A DNA stretch of 64,000 bases from a virus (Duplodnaviria > Caudoviricetes), in IMG/VR virus record IMGVR_UViG_3300044614_001923, one strand, 5' to 3'. This document shows positions 34,729 to 44,711 of this stretch, one piece after another (the stretch's first letter is position 1; each line of letters starts with the position of its first letter). The position numbers were made by a program, and so were the translations under genes. The notes beneath the pieces were generated by a model. That model saw only the letters and a list, made by a program, of their open reading frames with translations, was not told the origin of the DNA and made no database searches.

Positions 34729-37236
34729 TTAAACTCTACCAGCCACTTCTTCAAAGCTGACTCCAGTTCTGGTAGCAACAAATGTTAGAGTGACATAGTT
34801 AATAGATTTAGCTGGTTTCAGATAAATGTCAGCTCTAAATTCATTATTATCAATAATGTCAGGAGTGTTATTTGTTTCATCACAAACAACTAGGAATCCG
34901 TAGAGACCTCTCTTTGCCTGAACCTCACGTAGATATGGTTCAACAATGTTGATGAAGTTAGCTCTTGTAATTTCATCGTTGAGTTCGAAGAGTTGTGCTT
35001 GTGCGCTTCTCTCCAGTGCTTGCTCAACAGTGAGGAACAGTCTACGGACGTTAATTCTATCAAATGCTGATGCATAACCAAGACCTGTTTTATCGCCAAA
35101 GAGAAGAGTTCCAATTCCTGGTTGAGTAACAATTGCGTTGATTCTCTGAGGATAGAGTTGATCTCTTTGTGCCTTATTTGGATTATATGCAAGTTTAATT
35201 GCATTATTCAGAATACCTCTTTGCTGTCCTGCAGGTGAGAACCAAGGATATGCAAAGATTGAAGTTCTTACGCAAAGACCAGCAATGTCTCCATTTGTTG
35301 GAATATAGCGGAACTTATTATTGAATCTATCATAAGTGTACTTATAACCAGTATCAAATACTGCATATGATGATGATGGCATTGAACTATAGAATTCAAT
35401 GATATTATCTGTCTGAGTATCTGAGTTTGTAATGTCAACAACATCCGCCCTATGAGGAGAAATCATTGCCATGCAATCTTTTCTATCTTCAGCAATTGCA
35501 ATCAATTCTTGAGCTTTTGCTTGAGATTCAAACTTATTGCCAAGACCAGGACCCATGAGAAGATAATCTAGAGGTACATCATCTCTATTTTCAAATGTTC
35601 TATATGCACTGATAAGATCTCCTAGAGTTGCTGCAAGACCACCTTCGTTATTTTCTCCAGAATAATCTTTTCCACCACCTAAGGTATAGGAAACATTACC
35701 CATTACACTAAATGTAATGTCTTGTGCTGGTTGGTTCCAAAGTTGATCAGCAAGGTCTCCTAAGGTGTACTGAGCACCTCCAGAAGCTCCCATTTCTACA
35801 GTATCACTGAATCCAGATCTATATACTGTTTCAGAAACAACTCCGTTATCTGATGGGTTATCTCCAGCATAAAGATATCTTGAATAACGTGCAAGGTAAT
35901 CCTTCCACCAAATTTTCTGAGGAGCATTTACTGCTGATGTTGCATCACTTGCTTTAGATAGAGAAACATGCTTCTCGAGAAGAGCTCCTTTAATTCCAGT
36001 TACTGTTCCTAAATCATCAATAACTGCAATATGCATTGCATCATTTCTAGAGTTTCTCTCTTGTGCCCAACGGGTTGTTGTTGGTTTTGGTGCAATAGAT
36101 CTCCAGAGAATATTTGTATTCTGAAGTCTAATATACTGCTGATCATACCAGTCTTTTGCACTTTCAATATTGAAAGTTGAAATTCCACTAATTGAAGTGG
36201 TTCCCTCTCCAACTTGTGTAAGAGTTACTCTGTTTCCTGGTCTAAATGCAGTTGTCTGATTCTTATCTGCATAGTTAATGAAGATCTCGGACGCTCCAAT
36301 AGCAATCTGACGAGTGAAACTTACTGCAATACCAGTTCTGATATTTGCAACAGTTGATCCAATAGTGACAAATGTGCCACCAACAGAAACAACAGATGCT
36401 GATCCATAAAAATCAGATGTTGTTGATCCAAGACCAGCAACGGAAATTACATCATTTGGAGATACATCAAGAGTTGAATTTACATAAACTCTATTTGTTA
36501 CTCCAACTCCAGATGCTCCCTCATTATATGCAGTAGTAGTCTGTCTTACATTCTGAATATCAGTGTAAGGGTCTCTTACGCGGGATACAATCTTAACTTC
36601 AAGATCGGTTCTTTCTACAGTTGTTGTAATACCAGTAATGATTCCTTTGAGGACACCATCAAATGTAGCTGCTTGTCCTCTTCCTGGTAGTTTTTGATCT
36701 TCCAGTTTAAAACTAATTCCAGCTCCTACTGAAATTGCAACTCCAACCTGCCTGAGATTAGTAGTCTTGATTCCAATAATCTGATCTGCTTTATCGTCAA
36801 TAAAAGCAATTTTCAGATTATTTGCCCATGTTCCTGGGTTTTTAGCAACAAAGATGTAATCGGCAATATCGTCTGCCCAATTTGCATCATAATCTTCAAA
36901 GTTCTTGATGATTACATCATCAGTTCCAATTCCTGTGCTAATAGCGTTAGCATTGTTTAGGTTATCTCCAGAACATCTGGTAACCTTTAGAACGCCGCCA
37001 TATGAAAGGAAGGATGATGCGGTCATCCAAAATTCGTACTGACCATCTGTAGTTTGTGGTTCTCCAAATACATCAATCAGTTCACTTTCGGTTGTAATAT
37101 CTACTGGTTCTTCAACTGGACCTTTAGGGAAAGGTCCAGCAATAGCACCAATATTGTCAAGTACATTATCAGCTCTTCCTACAGTTAAATCAACCTCCCT
37201 GATTAGTACTCCAGGAGATAATTGAGGAGTCGCCAT
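34729..37236 (-). CDS. gp18: Tail sheath protein gp18
   Basis: SPGVLIREVD, PWFSPAG, FDRINVRRLF, IYLKPAKSINYVTLTF. Confidence 0.96.
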   Translation of the reverse strand: MATPQLSPGVLIREVDLTVGRADNVLDNIGAIAGPFPKGPVEEPVDITTESELIDVFGEPQTTDGQYEFWMTASSFLSYGGVLKVTRCSGDNLNNANAISTGIGTDDVIIKNFEDYDANWADDIADYIFVAKNPGTWANNLKIAFIDDKADQIIGIKTTNLRQVGVAISVGAGISFKLEDQKLPGRGQAATFDGVLKGIITGITTTVERTDLEVKIVSRVRDPYTDIQNVRQTTTAYNEGASGVGVTNRVYVNSTLDVSPNDVISVAGLGSTTSDFYGSASVVSVGGTFVTIGSTVANIRTGIAVSFTRQIAIGASEIFINYADKNQTTAFRPGNRVTLTQVGEGTTSISGISTFNIESAKDWYDQQYIRLQNTNILWRSIAPKPTTTRWAQERNSRNDAMHIAVIDDLGTVTGIKGALLEKHVSLSKASDATSAVNAPQKIWWKDYLARYSRYLYAGDNPSDNGVVSETVYRSGFSDTVEMGASGGAQYTLGDLADQLWNQPAQDITFSVMGNVSYTLGGGKDYSGENNEGGLAATLGDLISAYRTFENRDDVPLDYLLMGPGLGNKFESQAKAQELIAIAEDRKDCMAMISPHRADVVDITNSDTQTDNIIEFYSSMPSSSYAVFDTGYKYTYDRFNNKFRYIPTNGDIAGLCVRTSIFAYPWFSPAGQQRGILNNAIKLAYNPNKAQRDQLYPQRINAIVTQPGIGTLLFGDKTGLGYASAFDRINVRRLFLTVEQALERSAQAQLFELNDEITRANFINIVEPYLREVQAKRGLYGFLVVCDETNNTPDIIDNNEFRADIYLKPAKSINYVTLTFVATRTGVSFEEVAGRV

Positions 37237-37268
37237 GTTTTTCTCCGTAATCTCAGTTTATCTGAAAA

Positions 37269-37275
37269 TATTTAT
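37269..37275 (-). promoter_or_regulatory. T4-type late promoter upstream of gp18
   Basis: ATAAATA about 33 nt upstream of ATG; similar cores at 27350, 28371, 32089, 32336, 34028 and 56591. Confidence 0.7.
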
Positions 37276-37315
37276 TAAAAAGTATATTTTCAATGGGGAA
37301 ACGATGCATGAACAC

Positions 37316-37561
37316 TTACCAATCTGGATATTCCCAAACTGTGTTATCTAATGCTGATTTTTGTGGGTATAATTTTCTACTTTTTTTGATTCTTTTTATG
37401 GTACATTCTTTGCATTCATAAGAATATGATGAAGGAACAGATCCTCTATCTTTTCTAGTTCTATAAAAAGAGTCGATTAAATTTTTTATTTGACCGCAAG
37501 ATCTACACTTTCTATCGTTTAATAGAAGATGACCTAATCTTATTTGTCCATCTAAGTCCAT
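37316..37561 (-). CDS. Small CxxC...CxxC zinc-finger-like protein
   Basis: CRSC and CKEC; TAATG overlap with gp17 stop. Confidence 0.65.
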   Translation of the reverse strand: MDLDGQIRLGHLLLNDRKCRSCGQIKNLIDSFYRTRKDRGSVPSSYSYECKECTIKRIKKSRKLYPQKSALDNTVWEYPDW

Positions 37562-39207
37562 TAGACATAATCCCACATATAGGACATATCACCATATTCA
37601 TCAGAAAACCATCTGTCTCCATCAGAATCTACAAAACTAGAATTATCTAATCCATCAACAACAAAACCAAATGGTGACATATCTTGTTCTATTTGATTTT
37701 TTTGCTCTTCATACAATCTCTTTCTAATATCTTGATCAGTGAGTTCTTTAAAGTAATCTTGTGCAACTAGCCATGCATAAATTACAAGACACATTGCAAG
37801 GTCATCATTACATCCATCTTCAGCTTCAAATGAATTGTTTTTCTGTATAAAGGTTGTTAACTCTGCTATGATTTCATAATCATTAAAAATAAGTTTATCT
37901 TCCTCAATTAAAGTTTTTAAATTCAGTGAACCAACTTTTTTTACAGTTTTGGACATCTTAACGCCAAGTTGCGTTTTCTTACCAGAAAATCCTTGCCCAA
38001 CAATTTGACCAGCTCTACCTCTCATAGAACACATGAGGACATTTTGATATTCTAAATCATAATGCAATAAAGATGCTACCTGATCACCTATATCATTTAC
38101 CTCACAAAGAATGTATGCGCGGTTATAATTTTTTGCTACTTCATAAATGATATTTGGAAATAGCATTGGTTTAATCTCATTGTTTCTATATTTTGCGACA
38201 ACTTTATGTGGAAATTCAGTTATATCAACTACGACAAAAGCTGAATAGTCCTCACTGACTCCTCTTGCAACGTCAACTGTAATAATATAGTCGTGTCCTT
38301 GAACCACGTCCTCATAAACATCTAGACCAGCATTCCTTTTTATTGGATTATCATACACTAAATTTCTCAATTTGCTTGGCGCAATTAGTGTATCGACTGA
38401 TCCTAAGAATTCACATTCAAACTCAATTTTGAATTGTTGTTCTGAAGTGTTGTTAATTGTTTGTTCTTTCCAGGCAGCGTCTCTTCCAGGAACTTCTGAC
38501 CAATGAACATCAGTTGGTACGTATTCATTTTTTCCCTTTTCCGCATCATGCCACATTCGGTAGAAATGATTCATACCGTGTGGCGTAGATACTACAATAA
38601 CCTTAGTATTTTTACCAGATGAAATTGTTGGGTATACGGATGCAAAGAAATCGTCAGCAATATGATTTGGAACGAAAGCAAATTCGTCCAAGAACAAGAT
38701 ATTAAATGACATACCTCTTACTGCTGATGCAGAAGTTGAAGCAGCAAGTATTTTTGATCCGTTTTCTAATTCAATATTTCCTTTATTCCAAGCAATAATT
38801 CCCTGCTGCATCCATTTTGGTAAATTTTCATATGCTGTTGCAAGTCTACTTAAAAGTTCTCTAGCAGTTGCAGCCTTGTTTGCAAGAATACCAATATTGA
38901 CACTATCGTTAAAAATTAGATAATGTAAGAGATAAGAAACTACAGTTGTAGATTTGCCTGTCTGGCGAGGCATTTTACAAATGTTAAATCTATGTTTATG
39001 AAAGTTATTAATTAACTTTTCTTGAAAGTGGTATGGATGAAATTGAGTTAATCCCTCATCAAGAGAAACAATTTTAATATAATTATTTGCAAAATAAACT
39101 GGATCATCTTTACACTTAACAAATTCTAAAATTTGTTCCTGACTAAATTCAATTTGAGTATTTGCTCTTTTTAAATTTGGATTGCCAAGATATACATTAT
39201 CAGTCAT
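37561..39207 (-). CDS. gp17: Terminase large subunit gp17
   Basis: PRQTGKS, LFLDEFAF, VSTPHG, DDLAM; no intein-size insertion. Confidence 0.97.
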   Translation of the reverse strand: MTDNVYLGNPNLKRANTQIEFSQEQILEFVKCKDDPVYFANNYIKIVSLDEGLTQFHPYHFQEKLINNFHKHRFNICKMPRQTGKSTTVVSYLLHYLIFNDSVNIGILANKAATARELLSRLATAYENLPKWMQQGIIAWNKGNIELENGSKILAASTSASAVRGMSFNILFLDEFAFVPNHIADDFFASVYPTISSGKNTKVIVVSTPHGMNHFYRMWHDAEKGKNEYVPTDVHWSEVPGRDAAWKEQTINNTSEQQFKIEFECEFLGSVDTLIAPSKLRNLVYDNPIKRNAGLDVYEDVVQGHDYIITVDVARGVSEDYSAFVVVDITEFPHKVVAKYRNNEIKPMLFPNIIYEVAKNYNRAYILCEVNDIGDQVASLLHYDLEYQNVLMCSMRGRAGQIVGQGFSGKKTQLGVKMSKTVKKVGSLNLKTLIEEDKLIFNDYEIIAELTTFIQKNNSFEAEDGCNDDLAMCLVIYAWLVAQDYFKELTDQDIRKRLYEEQKNQIEQDMSPFGFVVDGLDNSSFVDSDGDRWFSDEYGDMSYMWDYV

Positions 39208-39212
39208 AAAAG

Positions 39213-40487
39213 TTACCTTTGTTCAATCCAGTTCAATACTGCAAGTGCTTTTTTGTTGGTATTTGGAGATGCACAAGCAAGTGTATAAGTGTCACTAATT
39301 GTTCCAATGCCACTTCTACCTAACTGAAGTGCTGCTTTAATATCAAGATCAACTAACGCACCACTACCATTAATTACAAAACCACTCAAAAGATCACTTC
39401 CACCAGATACTGCAGTTTGAGTGATATTATACTGCATAAAGGAGTTTGGATCGGGATGATTTACCCAAGTTCCTCCAGTCAGTGTTGCATTTTGTAGAAG
39501 TTGCCAATAAACATTCGTATTGTCATCAGTTGCTGCCTGTAATGATCTCAAGAGCATTACACCAGTTAGATTATTGGATTTTAAACGAATGCTTATAATT
39601 GGATAGAATGTATTTGCTGATGCCATCGTTGTCCCTGTGATGGGATTTGATATGCTCAAAAGAGTTCCGAGTTTTTCTGGTTCTCCTTCCTGAATAAGAG
39701 AATTAGAACCCTGATACATGTAATGAGTTCCTGCAACACCAGTTACATTTTCTATCTCAAGTCTAATAGGCAAGAAAGGAGTGGAACACCAAACTCCTGG
39801 GTTGGTATTTGCATTATCAAAAGTATGAGATGCAACAGTCTCATTCTTCATTAACCAAGCAAATTGAATTATACCTGCACCATACCATTCATAATTGATG
39901 GAAATCATTTGTTGTTTTGTTGGATCTGCAGTTACTCCAGTCCACCCATTACCATCAAACTTCTCACCATTCCATTCATCTCTGTATACTCTGGTTTCTG
40001 TAACAATTCCAGTTACACTACTACGGAGCACATAAGAATATGTTCCTCCATCATCCTCAAAATAAACACCGTTGTTTTCATCAAACAATCCAAATCTTCT
40101 ACGAATACCTACTTTTGGTTGTTCTAGACGAACTGCGAATGCGAGTGTTGCACCTCTGCCAGGAATGTATCTCATCACATTCTTGGTTTGGCGAATTACT
40201 TTGCTTCCTGTAGTGGAACCAACTTGCATTATAACATTACTGGCATTTGCATTAAATGTTGCAGTTCCAACTCCAACTACTCTTTCATCCCATACATCAG
40301 TCTCTTTACCATACTGGAAGGTGTTGAAGAATACTGTTTGATAAGGAGATATTTTGAATCTGTTGTTGTTGGTAAATTGAGGTCTCCAGTCTGTCTGGTT
40401 TCCCCAGTGATCTGCGATATTATAAACTTCAAATAAAGATCTTTCTTGATTTAGAAAGTCTTGTTCGTTCTTATTCCATATAGCCAT
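39213..40487 (-). CDS. Hypothetical beta-rich protein, likely virion-associated
   Basis: 424-aa ORF, Thr/Gly/aromatic-rich, in the late cluster between gp16 and gp17. Confidence 0.6.
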   Translation of the reverse strand: MAIWNKNEQDFLNQERSLFEVYNIADHWGNQTDWRPQFTNNNRFKISPYQTVFFNTFQYGKETDVWDERVVGVGTATFNANASNVIMQVGSTTGSKVIRQTKNVMRYIPGRGATLAFAVRLEQPKVGIRRRFGLFDENNGVYFEDDGGTYSYVLRSSVTGIVTETRVYRDEWNGEKFDGNGWTGVTADPTKQQMISINYEWYGAGIIQFAWLMKNETVASHTFDNANTNPGVWCSTPFLPIRLEIENVTGVAGTHYMYQGSNSLIQEGEPEKLGTLLSISNPITGTTMASANTFYPIISIRLKSNNLTGVMLLRSLQAATDDNTNVYWQLLQNATLTGGTWVNHPDPNSFMQYNITQTAVSGGSDLLSGFVINGSGALVDLDIKAALQLGRSGIGTISDTYTLACASPNTNKKALAVLNWIEQR

Positions 40488-40490
40488 AAA

Positions 40491-40808
40491 TTAAATCCAC
40501 TCTAATTTTCCTGGATGATATCGTTTTGCGTTTTGAATATTAAAATTCTTTTCTTCCGCAGGATAGATATTATGGACAATTGCTCCAGGATAGTTTCCTT
40601 GAAGTTGTTCTCCTAATTCCTGTTTAGATGGAACTCCTGTTTTTGTGACAAGTTCAAGTCTATATATGCTGCCTTGCCACATAACATCGGCAACGTAACT
40701 TTCCCCCACTTGCTGAGGTTGTTCTGGTTGTGAGTTGATGTAGAGATTTCCGTTGAAATCTCCTGAGATGTTTACTGACTCAGATAGAAACTGTTTGAAA
40801 CTTTTCAT
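40491..40808 (-). CDS. Small protein with CTS-like leader (MKSFKQFLSE)
   Basis: Start reassigned to ATG 40808; body similar to a module of the 759-aa ORF. Confidence 0.7.
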   Translation of the reverse strand: MKSFKQFLSESVNISGDFNGNLYINSQPEQPQQVGESYVADVMWQGSIYRLELVTKTGVPSKQELGEQLQGNYPGAIVHNIYPAEEKNFNIQNAKRYHPGKLEWI

Positions 40809-40813
40809 TTTAA

Positions 40814-43093
40814 TCACCACTTAACCTTGTTTGCCCAGTATGCTGCAGACATTGGACCTTTATCAATGTTTTTTGCATGTCTTGTTTTAAATCTTTTACG
40901 TCGACTTGCATATTCTTTAGATTCTCCTTCTTTTTTGGGGGAACCTTTTACACCTCTTTGCCCAAAACGAATAATTTTTTCTTTTCCATCTGAACATGCC
41001 TTGACAACATGAGATTTGCCAGTCAGAGAATCACCAACTGCTTGTGCTTTTGGTTTATTGCATTTCATTTTATCTTTATCAATTGATTCTGCAAATGCTT
41101 GGAGAATTTGCTCGCCTGGCATAATATTATCTGCTTTAAAGTAAGTTACCTTACCTCCTGGATAGATCTTATTAATTTGATCTTGAACTTCCCCTCTATT
41201 AGGCATTTTTGAATTTGGGAAGAAGATCTTTAATGAGTAAAAAGATCCTTTCCAGGAAACATAAACTAATAAAAGATTTCCGCGTGCAGATTTTAGGGAT
41301 ACTGCCTCTTCAATTTGCTCTCCCATTGGTTTCACATAATTTTTATTTGGGCCTGGTTTTGCTGCACTTCCTCCAGCTGGTTTTTCATGATGGTCTTCTC
41401 CACAGGTTATGCAAGGAGACTGTCCACACTTACAATTACACTCTTTCTTTTCTTCTTTTACTAGAGGATCTGGTTTGATAAGATCTACAAATTCTACGAA
41501 AGGATTTCCATTTGCATCAGTAACAACAACACTTTCATTTGCAGATTTCCATCCACCACCTGCTTTCTTATATTCTTTAGCAGCCCAACCATTTGCATAA
41601 GCAGAAGGATATACATCAAACTTTGCTTTTGCCTTTGCCTTCATCTTAGACCAAAGTGAAGGATTAGTGGGAACGTTCTTTTCATTAAGAACTTCTGCTT
41701 CCATCTCAAGTAAAATTTTATCTACTAAAGAAGGTTCATAACCAGCATTAACGACTCCTGTTTTAATGCTTCCTTTTGCTAATGATGGTCCAGTTGTTTT
41801 TCTTTCCGCTGCTGCTCTCTCACCCTCAGTAGATCCTCTCTGAGCAAGAGTTCTAATCTTAGCAGCACGATTTTGTTCTCTATGCTTTTTGGGATCAATT
41901 GCCGCTGGAATTGCACTTTCAGGAACACAATTAGGAACTTCTTTCTTACCCTTCTTCTTCATCCCCACTTGCTTGTAACCTTTCCAACACGCTTCTTCAA
42001 TCTCGGATTCCCCGCTTTCAAGATAGTCCGCTGCAGTATCAATATAATCTGCCGCTTTGGTAATCTTTGATTGCACCCATGCCTCTAAATCACCTTCGCC
42101 TTTATTAACTTTATTCTTCAGTCTCGAAACTGCTTTAGAAATAGTTTCAAGTTCAGATCTTGCCATTGAATATTCTTCATCTTTAATTGAAACTTTATCC
42201 CATGCTTTTTCGCCATAAGCACATTCTGAACGGATTTCTCTCTTATCACAAAGCGGACAATATCTTTCCTCTTCACCACTCATATCATGCTCATGTTCTT
42301 CTGTTCTTGCTGCTCTCATATCCTGCCTTGCTCTCATCACATCATCTCTAGAAATAGCACCCCTAGTCCATGGATCCTCTGCAGCGGCTTTAACTGCTTG
42401 TGATCTTGTTAATGGTTTTGGTTTTACCGCATTTGGTTTATCCTCACCATACTTCGCAGTGGATTTTTTAGATCTGGTTGGTACATAAACCTTCCCTCCA
42501 CTACCAGTTGTTCCAATCTGCTTTCTTCCTTTTATTTTATCAACTAGATCACCGACTAAACCTTCTTCAATATTATTAGAAGACATGATTGGTTTTCCTC
42601 CCTTTCCTTTGCGATTTGCTACAGGATCTGCTTTTCTTTTTCTTTTTACTGAAGCAGCAATCTCACTCTTAGACATTTTTTCTGCCTTTTCATTTGAAAG
42701 ACATTTTGGTTTTGGTTCTCCAGGTTCACGCGCACATGGTCCAATTGCTTCACCTTTAGTGTTATATCTCTTCCAATTTCCTTCGGGATGATCTTTATCA
42801 AACCAGTTTCTTAGATCTTCATATGCTATTTTCTTTTTACTATGTTTAATTTCCCCTTTTTGTTTAGCAATCAATTTATTTGAATATTCCTGAGCATGGG
42901 ATGTGCTAGAAACATTCTCATCTGGAATTCCTTTTTTAGCAGTATCATAAATGTCAATATCACCATCAGCATCACGATCAACATACTGAACTGTTGCATG
43001 ATGAACCAACTGCTTTAAATCCAGATTTGGATCCAGCTGATGTTGTTTTTTTGGAAGATGGGGTGTTTTGTGAGAAAATTTTGGAGTTTTCAT
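40814..43093 (-). CDS. Multi-module basic/Cys-containing protein, candidate gp21-processed polyprotein
   Basis: 759 aa of short Lys-rich modules separated by Glu sites; ATAAATA at 43202-08. Confidence 0.7.
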   Translation of the reverse strand: MKTPKFSHKTPHLPKKQHQLDPNLDLKQLVHHATVQYVDRDADGDIDIYDTAKKGIPDENVSSTSHAQEYSNKLIAKQKGEIKHSKKKIAYEDLRNWFDKDHPEGNWKRYNTKGEAIGPCAREPGEPKPKCLSNEKAEKMSKSEIAASVKRKRKADPVANRKGKGGKPIMSSNNIEEGLVGDLVDKIKGRKQIGTTGSGGKVYVPTRSKKSTAKYGEDKPNAVKPKPLTRSQAVKAAAEDPWTRGAISRDDVMRARQDMRAARTEEHEHDMSGEEERYCPLCDKREIRSECAYGEKAWDKVSIKDEEYSMARSELETISKAVSRLKNKVNKGEGDLEAWVQSKITKAADYIDTAADYLESGESEIEEACWKGYKQVGMKKKGKKEVPNCVPESAIPAAIDPKKHREQNRAAKIRTLAQRGSTEGERAAAERKTTGPSLAKGSIKTGVVNAGYEPSLVDKILLEMEAEVLNEKNVPTNPSLWSKMKAKAKAKFDVYPSAYANGWAAKEYKKAGGGWKSANESVVVTDANGNPFVEFVDLIKPDPLVKEEKKECNCKCGQSPCITCGEDHHEKPAGGSAAKPGPNKNYVKPMGEQIEEAVSLKSARGNLLLVYVSWKGSFYSLKIFFPNSKMPNRGEVQDQINKIYPGGKVTYFKADNIMPGEQILQAFAESIDKDKMKCNKPKAQAVGDSLTGKSHVVKACSDGKEKIIRFGQRGVKGSPKKEGESKEYASRRKRFKTRHAKNIDKGPMSAAYWANKVKW

Positions 43094-43245
43094 TCAACTG
43101 GTTTTGATTTTGTCTTTTCACCTTTTGCTCTCTTTTTTCTCGCAGCGCAATGGGCACGTTGAGAAAATCCTTTTGGATTTGAGCAATCAATACTCTTTTT
43201 ATATTTATTAGACCAATCTTCTTGAAATTGTTTAAATGTCTTCAT
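43090..43245 (-). CDS. Small basic protein (51 aa, MKTFKQFQEDWSNKYKKSIDCSNPKGFSQRAHCAARKKR...)
   Basis: Translated by hand; overlaps gp16 stop; ATGA overlap with 759-aa ORF; not in ORF track. Confidence 0.75.
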   Translation of the reverse strand: MKTFKQFQEDWSNKYKKSIDCSNPKGFSQRAHCAARKKRAKGEKTKSKPVE

Positions 43246-43681
43246 TTTTTGTTTGTTGTTTAAGAAGTTTTGCTAATTCTGCAGTTGAACCAACAAATAA
43301 TGCATTTGTTACATTAGTTGGACCTTTTGATTGCTTTTCTTCTTCAATATCTTTTAGTTTTTTCTGTAAATCCATTAACTTATCTGTAGCATCTGCTACA
43401 TTTTTAATTAATTGTCCAGCAACTTCATATGCTCTGGGCATTTCACTTTCTTGAGCAAGTTCAAGAATTCCATTAATTGCCTCTTGACCTTTTTCTATTA
43501 AAGAATATAAATTACCTCTAGTATATTCATAGTCTTTTTTTATGTGATCAGATTCTGTAGACTTTGATATTTTTTCAATCTTCTCAACAGAAGTCTCAGA
43601 AACTTCCACTGGAGAAATTTCTGAAACCTCATCATTGGAAAGTCCAAATGTTTGATTTAGGCTGTCAAAATTTTTTTTCAT
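43232..43681 (-). CDS. gp16: Terminase small subunit gp16
   Basis: DYEYTRGNLYSLIEKG, PRAYEVAGQLIK, NALFVGSTAEL. Confidence 0.92.
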   Translation of the reverse strand: MKKNFDSLNQTFGLSNDEVSEISPVEVSETSVEKIEKISKSTESDHIKKDYEYTRGNLYSLIEKGQEAINGILELAQESEMPRAYEVAGQLIKNVADATDKLMDLQKKLKDIEEEKQSKGPTNVTNALFVGSTAELAKLLKQQTKNEDI

Positions 43682-43682
43682 A

Positions 43683-44678
43683 TCAGAAAGATGAATTGAA
43701 TCCAAAATCATCACCGTAACTTACAAGCGCATCATCAGCTGCTGTTATCTTATAAATTTGCGATCCAAGTAGATGATTTGTTATTCTTGTTCCATAAGAA
43801 CCTCTTGTAACATTCAATTTGTTTCCTGTTTTACTAGTTACAAATAATGTCTCATTGTCTATGGAAATGTATGATTTAACTGGAATATTTGTAGCATCGG
43901 ATACTTCAAAGACTGCATCTGAAATTTGAATATCTGTCTCTAGAACCGCAACAGTTTGATTTGCGAGTGAAGTAGTTGCTTTTGGTTCTGAAGTATAAGT
44001 AACATCTCTGTTTGTAGAATTTGCACCTCCAGAAAGATATCCAATAGAAACTTTTTTGATGATATCTTTTTCGACACCAGTTGCAATTGGGCCAAACAGA
44101 TAAGTTTTTGCATTGAACTTTAAAGTATAAATTAATGCTCTTCGAGTTGAAAAATCTCCCTCATAGTCATCTTCCATTGTAATACCTTCAAGGGTTATTG
44201 GAATATCTCTTTTTTCTCCAATAGTATCAAGTAAATCAACCGTAAGAGTATATGATGGTTGAAAATAAGGAACAATTTGTTCAATAATTTGCAACATATC
44301 ATCATTTAATTTTGTCATTATACTCATTTCAAATTGCATGGTGTATGGAACAGGCATGTATGCCTTTCTTAAATCACCTTCAGAAGTTTTTGAAATAAAT
44401 GTTTGAGTTGTTTGTAGTTTTCTAGAAACGTCATAAAATAATCCGTTAAATTCAAATGACATTCTTGGCAATGTAATTTGAACTGGATTGTTTAAATCAT
44501 CTGGAGACTCTCTAAGTCTTGATAAAAACTTTTGAGTGGGACCATATGCTAAAGGAACCTTAACAACTTCGACAACATTACCACTATTGTCTGTTTTCTT
44601 TATCTGTATATTATTAAATAAGGTTCCAAAAGTTACAATAGTTCTTCTTAGAGTCTCGTGATAAAAATATTCAAACAT
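43683..44678 (-). CDS. gp15: Tail sheath terminator gp15
   Basis: FGTLFNNI, VPLAYGP, LPRMSFE, QIVPYFQP. Confidence 0.92.
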   Translation of the reverse strand: MFEYFYHETLRRTIVTFGTLFNNIQIKKTDNSGNVVEVVKVPLAYGPTQKFLSRLRESPDDLNNPVQITLPRMSFEFNGLFYDVSRKLQTTQTFISKTSEGDLRKAYMPVPYTMQFEMSIMTKLNDDMLQIIEQIVPYFQPSYTLTVDLLDTIGEKRDIPITLEGITMEDDYEGDFSTRRALIYTLKFNAKTYLFGPIATGVEKDIIKKVSIGYLSGGANSTNRDVTYTSEPKATTSLANQTVAVLETDIQISDAVFEVSDATNIPVKSYISIDNETLFVTSKTGNKLNVTRGSYGTRITNHLLGSQIYKITAADDALVSYGDDFGFNSSF

Positions 44679-44711
44679 AATTCTTAACTTATTATTTACT
44701 ATTTAACAAAT

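Noticed and set aside
42978-43190. 70-aa minus-strand ORF in the track
   Set aside because: Wrong frame; the 51-aa ORF 43090..43245 has stop/start coupling and a CTS-like leader and fits better
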